A DNA stretch of 64,000 bases from Squalus acanthias (taxonomy: Eukaryota). This document shows, one piece after another, positions 22,017 through 35,380 of this stretch. Every line of letters starts with the position of its first letter. Within the stretch, counting starts at the first letter, position 1. The stretch covers positions 62,870,001 through 62,934,000 of the forward strand of contig CM059432.1 of assembly GCA_030390025.1 (NCBI GenBank), read 5' to 3'. The notes beneath the pieces were generated by a model. It was not told the origin of the DNA. It searched no databases and worked only from the letters and a program-made list of their open reading frames with translations. The position numbers and the translations under genes were made by a program.

Positions 22017-22271
22017 GTAGATATTGGTCGATAGCCTATCCCCAGAAATGGAGTTAGAGAAGTTGAGGAAGGGAAGGGAAGAGTCAGAGTTAGATGTTAG
22101 TCATCAGCCTATCCCCAGAAATGGAGATAGAGAAGTCGGGGAAGGGAAGGGAAGATTCGGAGAAAAATATTGGTTGACAGCCTATCCCCAGAAATGGGGA
22201 TAGAGAAGTCGGGGAAGGGAAGGGAAGAGTCAGAGTTAGATGTTAGTCATCAGTCTATCCCCAGAAATGGA
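22017..22271 (-). repeat. Tandem array (about 73-bp unit, about 3.5 copies) derived from a Penelope-like RT fragment
   Basis: Unit CAGCCTATCCCCAGAAATGGAGATAGAGAAGTCGGGGAAGGGAAGGGAAGAGTC; minus-strand consensus reads like DSSLPF[LP]DFSISISGDRL. Confidence 0.7.
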
Positions 22272-22361
22272 CATGATGCGGAGATGCCGGTGTTGGACTG
22301 GGGTGGACAAAAATGAGAAGTCGCACAACACCAGGTTATAGTCCAACAGTTTTATTTAAAA

Positions 22362-22399
22362 TTACGAGCTTTCGGAGCTGCTGCCCCTTCGTCAGGTAA
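22362..22399 (-). ncRNA. Minimal type I hammerhead ribozyme motif (Penelope pLTR)
   Basis: Minus strand UUAC-CUGACGA-A-GGGGC-agca-GCUCC-GAAA-GCUC-GUAA. Confidence 0.75.
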
Positions 22400-23274
22400 A
22401 GGTACAGTGAGGGAATCTATTACACAGTATATATACACAGAGAGCAATTTGTCTGCAGAGATACAATCTGTTAGGGAGGCATTACATCAAAGACACATCA
22501 GAGTACAGCTAAGACAATGCCTTCAAGCAGCCGCCTAACCTCAAAAGTACCATCGTTCGCAGCAAATTACCCAGCTGTCAGGAGAACAGCGACCACGACA
22601 CCACACAACCCTGCCACGGCAACCTCTGCAAGACATGCCAGATCATCATCACACGTGAGGACACTACCCACCAGGTACATGGTACATACTCATGTGACTC
22701 GGCCAACATTGTCTACCTCATACGTTGCAGGAAAGGATGCCCCGGAGCATGGTACATCGGCGAGACCATGCAGACACTGAGACAACGTATGAACGGACAC
22801 CGCGCAACAATCGCCAGGCAGGATTGTTGCCTCCCAGTCGGAGAACACTTCAGCAGTCAAGGACATTCAGCCTCGGATCTGCGGGTTAGCGTTCTCCAAG
22901 GCGGCCTTCGAGACACACGACAACGCAAAATCATCGAGCAAAAACTGATAGCCAAGTTCCGCACCCATGAGGACGGCCTCAATAGGGATCTCGGGTTCAT
23001 GTCACGCTACAGAATGTGACTCGACATCGTTGTCTGTCTTTCCAGTTTTTAAAAAAAAACACAAAAAAAACCAAACAAAAAAACCCCCCAAAAAAGTTAA
23101 AAGCTCAACTGCAGACGGCAGCATTTGACACGTTGGACCCCCTGTGACCCACCTCATTGTCTTAGCTGTACTCTGATGTGTCTTTGATGTAATGCCTCCC
23201 TAACAGATTGTATCTCTGCAGACAAATTGCTCTCTGTGTATATATACTGTGTAATAGATTCCCTCACTGTACCT

Positions 23275-23312
23275 TTACCTGATGAAGGGGCAGCAGCTCT
23301 GAAAGCTCGTAA
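23275..23312 (+). ncRNA. Minimal type I hammerhead ribozyme motif (Penelope pLTR)
   Basis: UUAC-CUGAUGA-A-GGGGC-agca-GCUCU-GAAA-GCUC-GUAA. Confidence 0.7.
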
Positions 23313-26169
23313 TTTTAAATAAAACTGTTGGACTATAACCTGGTGTTGTGCGACTTCCCAGAAATGGAGATAGAGAAGTAAGTATTTCCAGCATTTTCTA
23401 TTTTTAAATCATAAAAGAGTATTTACTGTCAATGACAGGGGAAATGTCATAGTCACATGGTTCCAACAAACCAATTTGTTCACAAGAGCGACACCACACA
23501 ACAATCAGCTCACTACAAACTTTTGAATAATATAGATGGTATTGAGAGTATACAATCTTTGTCAGTGTGGATCTGCTGTGAGTTTACTGCTATTCTGAAT
23601 TAAAATGTGCTGTGAATGTTTATTTATTTAATTTTCAATGCCATGTTGAAGCCAACTCTTTAGAAAATTGATTCAATTCAATTTATAAATAGAAAGGCCA
23701 ATGCAGATTCTCTTTCTGCCATCTGTACAAGTGCAACACATGCTTTAGCTTGTAATTTAAGGCATATGTCTTAGTTTGGGAATTAGGTGCCATGGAATCC
23801 TAGTTCTGTTCTAATTACAGACTTATGGTAGTTTAGTGTTTTGAAAATATTTTAAAAGTCCATATAACAAGGACTTATATTTTTCAAGTCTTGGATATTT
23901 TTAAAAGGGCAAATATTTTGTTTGGAAAGGCAGACCCATAGTTAACTTTTAATTGTGATTACACCACATGCAAATATTTGCCAAAAGTGGCCAAAACCAC
24001 AATTTACTTCATCATGCAGTGTGTTCATGAATAAAAAGACTTACTAAACATTTCCTGAAGTTGGTGCACCTTTAACTGTTGTTTGACTAGCCACAGATTT
24101 TTCTCCTGCTCACTTATTTTTGCTACTTTCTAAATATGACTGCTGTAAACAATGTGACCTTTCCATATCCAGCCTACGTTTGCAAGACTGATGTCATGCA
24201 TGTTTGAATACAGAGTGAATGCATGTCTGAAGTGAACCTTGTAATTAGAAACCAGTCTTTCTATCATCCTGATACAAAGCTCACTGACACAGCATAAATT
24301 GGGATTGGGTCTGACACCAGTGTCAGCTTTGGATGGATCTCCTATGTTTCCAAGAAGCAGAGAATCGCAGTGTGGTTCCTGGATATCATTGTACCCTGAT
24401 TTTGGATCTATGGAATTGAAATGAACTTTGTGGTAATGTAAATGTTGTATACCTAAGAGAACATGCTTTAAGTCACTCTGAATCGGAGTCATAGTGGGAG
24501 TTTGGGTATAAATGGAAGCATCAGTAATTAACTTACATTTGATGTATGTCCGGAGCAAAATAGATCATGGCTGAAAAATTGTACCGTAAGCAATAGGAAG
24601 TATTTAGTAAAAAAAAGAGGCATCATTGTTTTTCAGTGAATGAGTAACAGAACATAGACCATGACTGACTCCACCAATTTATTTTATTTTTCCCTTCTCT
24701 GACTAAATCCTTTGGCACTATGACGATTTTGGTAGGTTTTTAGAAAAAATCCTATAGGATTCCTATCCGATTTCTTAAGACACACTTCTTACATGATGTT
24801 AAGCAGTGAAGTGAACTTTAAAGCAGTTGCCATATATAAATACACCTTTGGTTTCTGATAAACAATCTTAAAACCTCGCATAATACGCTATTTAGTGTGG
24901 CTTAGGTTTTTTAAAAAAACTTTAAGATTAAAAATCGGTACAGTGGTCACTTAAATAGCCGCTATCTCTAGCCTCCACTCAAAGACAGTCACATACAGTG
25001 ACAGAAATACTTTTGTATCTGCTTTTGTACACACATCCCAAAGGAAAATGGGGTCAGGCAACAGGGAGCTGAGTAAAGTGCAGCTGCAGTTCTCTGCCCT
25101 GGCTCAGCTCCATGAGCAGGGCAGGGACAGCCAGAGTTCCATTAAAAAAATGATAATGTTTTGATTGTTCAGTATAGTTTATGCTCGTTTTAGCAATTGT
25201 GCCACTAACCTTGACAGGATGGATCTTTAAAATCAAATCCCGTTTTTAATTAAACTGTTTCTTGTACCACACCATGTCCATTCATTGCTAAGATCAAATC
25301 CTACTCATCACCACATTGTTTGACAAACAGCTGAATCCAAGGTCATTTCAAGTCCAACTCCCTTCCTCATTCCCATATCACAATAGGTTGGGCGTTAAGC
25401 TGATTTGTAAATATGGGCAGTAATGTGACTTTTTATAACTGGTGGCTGAGGGGAACGCAGACAACCTGTTCACAAGTCGTAGTCCTTGCCCCCTGCAACC
25501 AGTCTCCAAGAGATTACCCATGCATAACTCGCTCCCCTATTGGGAGATCCTGCAGTTTCCGCTCAGCATCTATCTACACCGCACAGTTCAGATTGAGAAC
25601 TGAGCAGACACAAGCTTGTATTCATCTCTGCTCTGGGGAACTGAGTGTTAGCACCAATGTGACTTTTTTCTTAACAACAGCCTGGACTCGGTGTAGGAAA
25701 TAGCGCATTCATCAACAATCCTTTTTTCTTCCTGTTGAAATTGCCTACTTATACCACTTCAGAAATCCCCAAGCTAGCAAAAAGCTAGAGGGTGACACAT
25801 TGTACTACAGTTGTTGCTGAAGACAGTACTGCTGTTGAAAAGAAATTGATTCATGCTGCAGTTGATGCTCTGACAATTGAGTAAGCAAATGGTATTCAAC
25901 AAGGATCATGATCATTGTCAAGATATCTTGACGGCCGAAAAGTAAACTGTAGCAGTAACTGAGACAGTTTTCAGCGTGCTGTGGTGTCTTTACTAGTACT
26001 ATTCAGTGATCAGTATGATTATGATATTACTTTTGAGACTCAGGCAGTTTTCTGAGTTTTATTAGTTTTATGCCTTAACTCATATTCATTTTTCTGATAT
26101 TTTAGATAAAACGTTCTTTATATTAAATATATTTTTGTGTTTTCAGCATAACTGTGATAGTATATTATC

Positions 26170-27145
26170 CCGAAGCATGGGGTTAGCTTCCATATGTATG
26201 CCGATGGCATCCAGCTCAACCTCGCTGCCTGCTCCTTTGATACAAAGGTGCTTGCCAGACTCTTAAATTGCCCAACTAATATGACCTGGATGAGCCAAAC
26301 CTTCCTCCGGCTGATTGTCAGCAAAACATGAGGCTATTCTCAGCTCTATTATCCCCCTAGCCTTGAGTCCATTGACTTCCCTGGTGCCATGTCAAGCTGA
26401 GTCAGGAAGTATGGATGAAATCTTGGTATCCTCCTTGCCCCCAAGCTCAGGTTTCTCCCCAATATCCATTCTGTTACCAAAATTGCTTTATTCCACCTCT
26501 AAAATATTGCCTGCCCCTGTTCCACCCCATCGCTTTCCTGCTGCTGCGGAAATCTTAGCCCATGCCTTCATCACTTCAAGCTTTGACTTCTCCAGCAACC
26601 TTCTGGCTTGCATCCATCCATTAACCCTCAACAAACTCCAATTCGTCCACTGTGTCCCACACTCCCATCACCCCCATCCTCTCCAAGCTCCACTCAATCC
26701 CTGCCCCCCAGGATGTTGATTTTAAAATTCTTGTCCTTATTTTCAAATGGCCCTATGACCTTGACCCACCCTACCTTAGTGATCTCCTTCTGCGTACACC
26801 CTTCTTTCCTCTATCACCAGACCTCTGATCCCTCACACCCTCTGCTCCTCTAACACCAGATTTCTTACCTCTCACTCCCTCTGCTTCAGTATCTACAGCT
26901 GATCATTTGGAAACTGCATTCCTGCCCTTTAAAATTCTCTAACCAGTTCACTCCACCTTGCCACTTCCCTCCCTGCATTCAAGAATCTTGTCAATCGCCT
27001 CCTCTTTGACTGTTCCTTTGCACTCCCTGTCCAGACTTTCACTTACAGTCCCATTTCGTCATGCTTGGTATCCATCATATTCCTTCTCACCTTACTGTAC
27101 AGTTCTCTAAGAGAGGAGCATTATATTAATGCAAGTTGTAGTTGT
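26170..27145 (+). mobile_element. Degraded L2 LINE, 3' part
   Basis: GVSFHMYADG.QL, EILAHAFITSSFDFSSNLLA, L2-type end TATATTAATGCAAGTTGTAGTTG. Confidence 0.7.
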
Positions 27146-27926
27146 ATTGATAAAATAAGCATAGCTAGAGTGCATGTAGGTAATGTATTTGAGTTTTATA
27201 GATCACACAGCTCTCAACTCCTTGCACTTGCAGTTCTATTCAAAATGGCATGATGACGTTCAGGCTCACCAATAACAGCACACTGGACACATTTATAAAC
27301 AGGTTTTTTTTCATCTGCAAATAGTAAAAGTCTTGTTGGTATTAGGATATTTACTAACACCATGCTTTGGAATACATGCATCTCTTTTTATTAAACCACA
27401 AATGCTAAAATCCATATGTGTAATTTTGAGGAGGGAGTGTTGGTGCCGTGCAATTGGTTTGCATAAACATAGACCTATGGTATACCCAGTCTGACCAAAG
27501 ATAAACAGCTTGAAGTTGCCTTGTAAAAAGCTGTCTCCAGCTGATCATTGGAGCCAAAACACCACATGTCTGGAAAGCTGCTGAAAGGATTACTAACTGT
27601 TCCAGAGGCTGAGAAGACAGAGTGCAAACTCTTGTCCAATTCTTCTAACCAGGTGCTGGCCACTTTTCTAAGGACATCTCAAAGATTCGAGTGCTGAAAA
27701 ATCTGATAAGGACTGATGTTAGAAAAGCAACTGAAAGACATGAAAAGGACACAAATTGACATTTTGGTACAAATATTTCATGATAGGCAGTGATGGATGC
27801 CATTGATGATTTGAAAGGTATTATCATGGGTTGTTGTGCTGTCAGTATATCAGCGACACAGGCGACCTGCAATTGAATCCCTTGACACTGCTGCCAGAGT
27901 GTTCCGAAATATTAAGGTGAGGCCCG

Positions 27927-28741
27927 AGGACCAATTTCGGGAGCGAACTTAGACTGGTCCCTTCTGGCACCTGCAGCGTTAACACCACTTGGTTTGTGCC
28001 TGAAACTGGGTGTATACGAATGTATCATCCTTATATTCTGACAGTTATCTGTATAAAATATCCTCTCCCTAAATTTGCTTGGGTTGTGATCCCGTAATAA
28101 CACTGGGATTGAGTCCAGCACTGACTCCCCACTCCCCCTTTCCGGCTTTACGGGGTCAGTGGGAGGGCATTTCCTTTGCATGGCAGGCACTAGAGCCACT
28201 TCAGGCACATCTCTGGTGCCCCCTCTGCCCCATACCAACAAACACTTTGGCCTCACTCCACCCATGGGGAGAGGAGTTGCCCAGGGCCCTCCCCCGATCC
28301 CAGCACTGCACTGTTCGACCCCCGAGCAAGGGGGCCGATCCATGCATTTTCTTTCAAGAAGAAATTGTTTCCTCATCAGGGGGTCCAGAGTGCTTACTTG
28401 GTTTAGATCTTATCAGTGGGCTGCACATGCACCCTTGTGGAGGCTGGCACAGCTCCAACCCAATGGGCGGACTGGCAGCCATACTGACGCTAGGGCCCAT
28501 TCCAGGCTCAGGTGTGGGAATTCCCGGCTTAGGGACTTCCCAACCTGACCTCACTTCTGGTCCATTCTTTGTCATGGAAGGAGCAAAGAGAACTTCCACC
28601 CTTTACAAATCAATTTGGAAACTCCCAGAAACGGCGGAGGCACGGCATAAACAGGACTCAGCTATTTACCTGGGGCTTCCACTGGTCGCTTGCTGGAGTT
28701 ATGGAAGGAGACTGGTGGAATCCCTGAGGAATTTCAGGGCT
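27927..28741. mobile_element. Probable degenerate MITE, approximate bounds
   Basis: GC-rich island in AT-rich DNA with AATTTC-type degenerate ends similar to other MITEs here. Confidence 0.3.
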
Positions 28742-29602
28742 CCTCTTTACAATATAATTCTTACTGTAACCCTATTTTTATAAAGTTCTCAAAGGTAGAG
28801 CACTCTGGAGAGATGATCTATTGAACTAATGCTATGCACCATTTTAATGTATAGCAGACTGTTGGGGATTACATTAAAGCATTTACGCTCATGTGGTGAA
28901 TGCATAGCTAATCTCAAACTGCTAGTCATTAATACAACAAAGTGCATCTATGATGGCTTTTGATGGACTACACTGTTTCCTATTACCCAGGAATTTAAAA
29001 AACTCTAGAGATTGCCTCTTTAGGTGATAAAATAGTTTTCCACTTTAAACCAATTTATTACTTAAAGAAGAGACCTCAGAGATTTCTGAAATACATGTGC
29101 TGTAAAAGATATTGTGGTTTGACAAAGGATTTCACTTTACATACTGTCTGAAACTATACACTCTGATCTAAACAGGGGACTGAAAACAGATTGTACAGAA
29201 AGGACTTCAAATTTTCCACACTTTTTCACTAGAAATAAAATTAATCTCACAGGGTCAGAATAGAACATTTTACCTAAAATTGAATTACTGAATGTGCATC
29301 ACTTTGATTTTTTTCCAGTTGTGCTGGTAATACCAGATTGGCTCAGTCCATTCTTTGGAAACAGGATAAACAGAAACTGCAAGGAATACACAGCAAGTTC
29401 TTCATCTTCTCAAAGGGTCAATGTTTGAGTAGAGACCCTTTGTCACAACTTAAGTTCGCTGCACAATAGTGGATCCATCTTGAAATATCACACATGGAGT
29501 TGAAGGGAAACAATGAATGGTGTGAAAAGACTGGGGCCAGCAGTGCATCAGTAGCAGGTACCTGGTGAAGATATATTGTATGTTCTTTTAATTAGAGTAG
29601 AT

Positions 29603-30190
29603 GGGGTTGAAATTAGACCCCATTACATCCATTTTACAGATGTAAAACAGGCACAACGAGGCCCAATTTCATGGCCCCAGGACGCCTAAAAAAAGTCAGA
29701 CCTGAAATTGGATCAGGCCATTTTTCAGGCATCCTTAGCAACCACCTAACACAGGTGTTGGGTCCCATACGTATGTAAATGAGGGGACCTAACATCTATT
29801 TTTAGGTCCCCTCACAGAAATTGGGCAGCAATCTTCAGTACCAACTGAAAGTAATTTTTTTTAAAGAAATGTTTCCAAAAGCCTTCCAAAAGCAGGAGTG
29901 CTCCCCCGACTTCACTGTGATCGCAATCACACCCCCCCCCACCCCCCCCAGCCCCCCATTGCCCACTCCAAATCCCCTCTGGGGACTTATGTTCGAGCTG
30001 CTGCTGGCCTGACATTCATGCTGTTCAAATGCGCAACGTGTGGAACGTGACAGGCATCGGCAGCTCACGCATAAAATGTTATTAAGGCCCAAAGCTCAAT
30101 TTTGTGGGCCGGCCTTGCTCCACTTGGTTGAGCACTGCCTGCTTAGCGCCAAGTCTGGGCTTAAAATTGGGCTCAGATAAATTTCTACCT
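29603..30190. mobile_element. Adjacent small MITE-like relics
   Basis: GGGGTTGAAATTAG...CCCAATTTCATGGCCCC short inverted ends, followed by a block from CCTGAAATTGGA to TAAATTTCTACC. Confidence 0.3.
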
Positions 30191-30327
30191 TAATGTTTCC
30201 TTACAATCTCTGTCTACTTTAAAATCAGTGTGTGAATCATGATTTTATAATAGTTATGAGGCTGAAATTGAAGCACCATAAGAAATGATGCATTATATAC
30301 AGCCAATTATAAATCACAACTATATAT

Positions 30328-30638
30328 GAAAGAAAGAACTTGCATTTACAAAGCATCTTTCACATTCTCAGAACATCCCAAACCATTTCACAACCATCAA
30401 TTTACTTTATGAAGTGTAGTTACTGTTGGTATGTAGACAATATGTGCACAGCAAGGTCCCACAAACAGCAATGAGATAAATGACCAGCGAATCTATTTTT
30501 GGCGGTGTTGGGTGAGGCATAAACGATGGCCAGGATAATTCCACTGCTCTTATTTGAATAGTGCCATGGGCTCTTTTACGTCTATCTGAACAAGAGCTCG
30601 GTTGAACATCTCATCCAAAAGATGACATGTCTGGCAGT
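30328..30638 (-). mobile_element. DeuSINE-type SINE, partial
   Basis: Reverse-complement homolog of 21515-21876 (GAAAGAACTTGCATTTA..., GAATAGTGCCATGGG, AACATCTCATCCAAAAGA). Confidence 0.65.
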
Positions 30639-33600
30639 ATGCATGTGTGTTCAGACATGTTTCAGTGTATAAACATGTGTGTTGGCATGTGAGTGTTTAC
30701 CTGAGTATGTGTCTGCATGTGAATAGATATATATGACAGCTTTGTACTTGTGAAGCTCCTGTGAAGTGGCTTGGGACATTTTACTACGTTAAAGGCGCTA
30801 TAAAAATGCAAGTTGCTGTTACATGTGTAAAAGTACATAGTATATGCTGGTGTGTGTAGATGTGTATAGTATGTGTATTTTGTGTTTGCATGATTCTGTT
30901 CAGATTGTACTGTATGTGTATCTACATATCTTTATTGTAATGCGTGTGTAGATGTGTATACATCTTTTGACTGTATGTGTCTATGTGTGCAGCTACATGT
31001 ACAGAAGTGTCTGCTTGGGTGCACACACGCGCGGATGCACAACTATACCAACAATTAAATTTATTTTTCTTTAATAGCAAACTTGTATGAGAGGGGTCAT
31101 GTGATACAGGTAACGGAGAACTGATGGACAGAACCTTGGGAGCAGCAGGGATTTGGGTATAAGTCTGGTTGTCATATGTCAGATGGAACCACCACCGAGA
31201 AGGTCTTACGGCCGACGCTAATCACAACTGGTTAGTTTGCGTAGTCCATAGTGGCAAAGTGAGGATTAGATTTAAGGACAAACTGGGCTCCTGCATGGCA
31301 CTAATGGAGGTTTGAGTGTTAAACGAGTGCACCTCAGACCACATACCTGATAGGAAATATTTTAGATGATGAAGAGTATATTTTACAAGCAGCAGGGAAA
31401 GTTTAGTGCTCAAAGGATGAATTAAAGTCTACTATATCACTTTAAAATGACATTTATTTGCTAGTTGCAGTGAAGGATAGTGCTGCCCATCACGGTTTAA
31501 TGTTTTCAAGGAATCAATTATTGTAATACCTAACTGTGTTCATGTTGTGTTCTATTGCTGAGCTTAATCTTACACAGATTTAAATAGACTGGCAGCAAGT
31601 TAACAGTGTTATCAGAGCAGTAACATAAAGCTCTCAATTTTTTTCAAATAACCTGAATTATAATTTTACTACCCGAAACAGGTTGGGAATTGCCAAGCAA
31701 ACTACTGAGTGGGTAATAATCATAATAAATCCAGTTCTGCAAGCTGACAAAAGCAATACAGTCAGTTCAATCAAAAAATGGGACAGGGACACATTTAAAT
31801 ACAAAAGTTTTTAATTATGCATCAGAAAAGTATGCCGAATGTGAGAAACCTTTCAGATGTTGCACAGACACTAAAGCTCTATGCCTGTGTCTGGTTAAGT
31901 GGTGAGTTTAGGAAGGTGGAGAGCATTGACGCAAACTTCCTGTGGGATCCTTCTGTATTGCAGCCAGTGCTCTGCTGAGTTTTAAAAAAAAGAACCTGAG
32001 GGAGAAGTCAAAGCAGGAATGATTTGGGCTGGCTGAGCAGAGCACGTCTCCACAGGGCCATGCTTTGCACAGTTGGACTGGATCACACTGACACGGTGAA
32101 AGCGTGGTGGCTCCAGCCTGGCGGGCCGCTCAGCAGGTTGATGAATGTCCAAGGCTCAGGATCTTGCCACTCAGGCCAGTAAAATCAAGCCACAATGAGT
32201 TACAGTTTCCCAGTGCTCCCTCCTCCTCCCTCCCCCACACACAAACATTCATTGCTGTTAGATCCTTGCAGCTCATTTTACGTCATTACTCACTCCGTCT
32301 CATAGTACATTTGTATGATTCTGCCCTATGGCATCAGTTTAATCATCCCTATTGCATCAAATCAAATCATAAATCTTTCAATTGCGTACGTTTTGTTTTA
32401 CAATAAAAGGCTTCTTTAAAAAAAAGCATTTAAAATACAGACAAAATTAAATTCCTGCTTAACTGTGAAGCCTGTCCTCAATCTATTTACTTGACTCCAT
32501 TATATATCAACGTCTCCCTGTCAAACTAGACAGTGAGGTCTGGCAAAGAAGTTTCACTCTATAATAATTCTAGAGCAGGGCTGGGTACTTTGCTGATATG
32601 CCAACATATTTGCCACACTCTGCTAACACTTTGATACATACTCAGACAGACGGAAAAGTGTCAATTGAGTTTACATTACGTAGGTGTCTGTCAATGCTTC
32701 CCAAAGATGGCGCTGTATTGATGTTGCCAGTAAATTCTTTTGCTTAAGACTATGGGGGTCAAATTGGATAAGACCCGAAAATGGGCGTGAGGATTGCGGC
32801 GCGCGATTAACTCACGCCCATTCATTGTGATGTAGGCAGCACAGTAAATTTTTGTTGCCTGCTGTTTTAAATAATTGCTGCATGCTGCCAGCACTACCTG
32901 TGCTGTTCATTGGCTCCATGCATCAGCAGGGGGCCTGATATCGCGAGTAGCTAGCGCTACTTAAAGGCAGCCTGCACCTCTTAAAGGAGAGGTGCATCGT
33001 GGCTGCAAGAAGTGGGGGCATTGTTTCAAAACTGAATCTTGTGCTGTGATACTTTGAGGAATGGCTGAATGTGCGAGAGAGCGTGCACCAAGGTTTTCTG
33101 ACAATGCACTGGAAGTCGTGATGCAAGACATGGAGAGAAGGAGAGATGTCCTGTATCTGCAGGGGGGCAGGAGGACCTCCAGAGATATTCTCAGTAGACA
33201 GTGGGAACAAGTAGTGGTAGAAGTCAGTGCCAAGAGTGTTACTCCAAGAACATGGATGCAGTTTTACAATCTGACACAAGTTGCCAAGGTGAGTGAGTTC
33301 ATCTTCAAATGGCATATCCTACCAACTCGCCTCATCCACTGTTCAATTCATTACACCCCCATCACCCACCTAGCAACAATCTCTATGAATCAGTACTCAA
33401 CCCTTCAATTCACATGGTTCACCTCACCCTCCCACACTTAGCACTTTTGCAAGCCTCGCACCCACAACTCACAGCTCGCACACATTGACAGCTATTCAAC
33501 CATGACAGCCCCATCACCCAAACATATTGCAGGACACTCACTGACACACTTCCCTGTTTCTTGCAGGAGAAGGGAGCACATAACAGGAGGCAGCAGGCAA

Positions 33601-35380
33601 GAATTGGAGGAGGACAAGTGTGCTTGCATGTTTTAACCCCCATGGAGGAGGCAATGCTGACCATCATAGGAAGGGGCATCACTGAGGCTGTGGCCACTGG
33701 TGGCAATAGAGGTATTGATGATGACAGTATCTGCAAACCTACTCCTTCTTCTCTCATCCCAACTCTCCCTCATCCCACACTCTGTTCTGACTCACAAGCT
33801 GCAGAGGGTGTAAGCACGCACTGCTTATTTTCTCTTCCCCCCACACCACAATCCAACCCTTGTCCCTTTTGCATTTCAGATACCCAAGAACTGGAACCTT
33901 CCCAGTCAGAGGAGGAAGAAGAAGACAGCGAAGATGAAGAGATACTGTCACTGGATCTTATACTCGCAGCCACCATCTCAGAGACTGCGTGTATTTTAGA
34001 GGCTAGGATAGAATCATAGAATCATAGAATGGTTACAGCACAGAAGGAAGCCATTTGGCCCGTCGAGCCCGTGCCAGCTCTCTGCAAGAGCACTTCAGCT
34101 AGTCCCACTCCCCTGCCCTTTCCCCTGCAAATCTTTTCCCCTCCAATTCCCTTTTGAAAGCCAGGATTGAATCTGCCTCCACCACCCTTTCAGGCAGTGC
34201 ATTCCAGATCCTAATCACTCGCTGCGTAAAAAAGTTTTTCCTCATGTTGCCTTTGGTTCTTTGGCCAATCACCTTGAATCTGTGTCCTCTGGTTCTCAAC
34301 CTTTCTGCCAATGGGAACAGTTTCTCTCTATCTACTCTGTCTAGACCCTTCATGATTTTGAACACCTCTATCAAATCTCCTCTCAACCTTCTCTGCTCTA
34401 ACGAGAACAAGCCCAACTTCTCCAGTCTATCCACGTAACTAAAGTCCCTCATCCCTGGAATCATTCTCGTAAATCTTTTCTGCACCCTCTCTAAGGTCTT
34501 CACATTCTTCCTAAAGTGCGGTGCCCAGAATTGGACACAATACTCCAGTTGAGGCCGAACCAGTGTTTTATAAAGGTTCATCATAACTTCCTTGCTTTTG
34601 TACTCTATGCCTCTATTTATAAAGCCCAGTATCCCGTATGCTTTTTTAACCACTTTCTCAACCTGCCCTGCCACCTTCAACGATTTGCACACATATACCC
34701 CCAGGTCTCTCTGTTCATTCACCCCCTTTAGGATTGTACCCTTTAGTTTATATTGCCTCTCCTTAATCTTCCTCCCAAAATGTATCAATTCGCACTTTTC
34801 TGCATTAAATTTCATCTGCCACATGTCCGCCCATTTCACCAGCCTGTCTATGTCTTCTTGAAGTCTATCACTATCCTCCTTACTGTTCACTATACCTCCA
34901 AGTTTAGTGTCATCTGCAATTTGAAATTGTGCCCTGTCCTCCCAAGTCCAAGTCATTAATATATATCAAGAAAAGCAGTGGTCCTAGTACTGACCCCTGG
35001 GGAACACCACTGTATACCTTCCTCCAGTCCGAAAAACAACCGTTCACCGCTACTCTCTGTTTCCTGTCACTTAGCCAATTTCGTATCCATGCTGCCACTG
35101 TCCCTTTTATTCCATGGGCTTCAACTTTGCTGGTAAGCCTATTATGTGGCACTTTATTAAATGCCTTTTGGAAGTCCATGTACACCACATCAACCGCATG
35201 CCCTCATCAACCCTCTCTGTTACCTCATCAAAAAACTCGATCAAGTTAGTTAAACACGATTTGCCTTTAACAAATCCATGCTGGCTTTCCTTAATTAATC
35301 CACACTTGTCCAAGTGACTGTTAACTTTGTCCTTGATTATCGTTTCCAAAAGCTTCCCCACTACCGAGGTTAAACTGACT

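Larger units (their letters stand above)
22272..23357 (+). mobile_element. 5'-truncated Penelope-like element with inverted pseudo-LTR and GIY-YIG endonuclease remnant
   Basis: 22317-22519 is the reverse complement of 23155-23357; NIVYLIRC..WYIGETMQTLRQRMNGHR..VGEHF..EQKLI..GLN; CCAGAAATGGA duplicated at 22261-22271 and 23358-23368. Confidence 0.92.

Noticed and set aside
22017..22271. CRISPR-like repeat/spacer array
   Set aside because: Eukaryotic context, no unique spacers, no cas genes; the unit derives from retroelement RT.
28079..28783. 234-aa ORF
   Set aside because: Lies in a GC-rich MITE-like block, non-ATG start, no recognisable domain.
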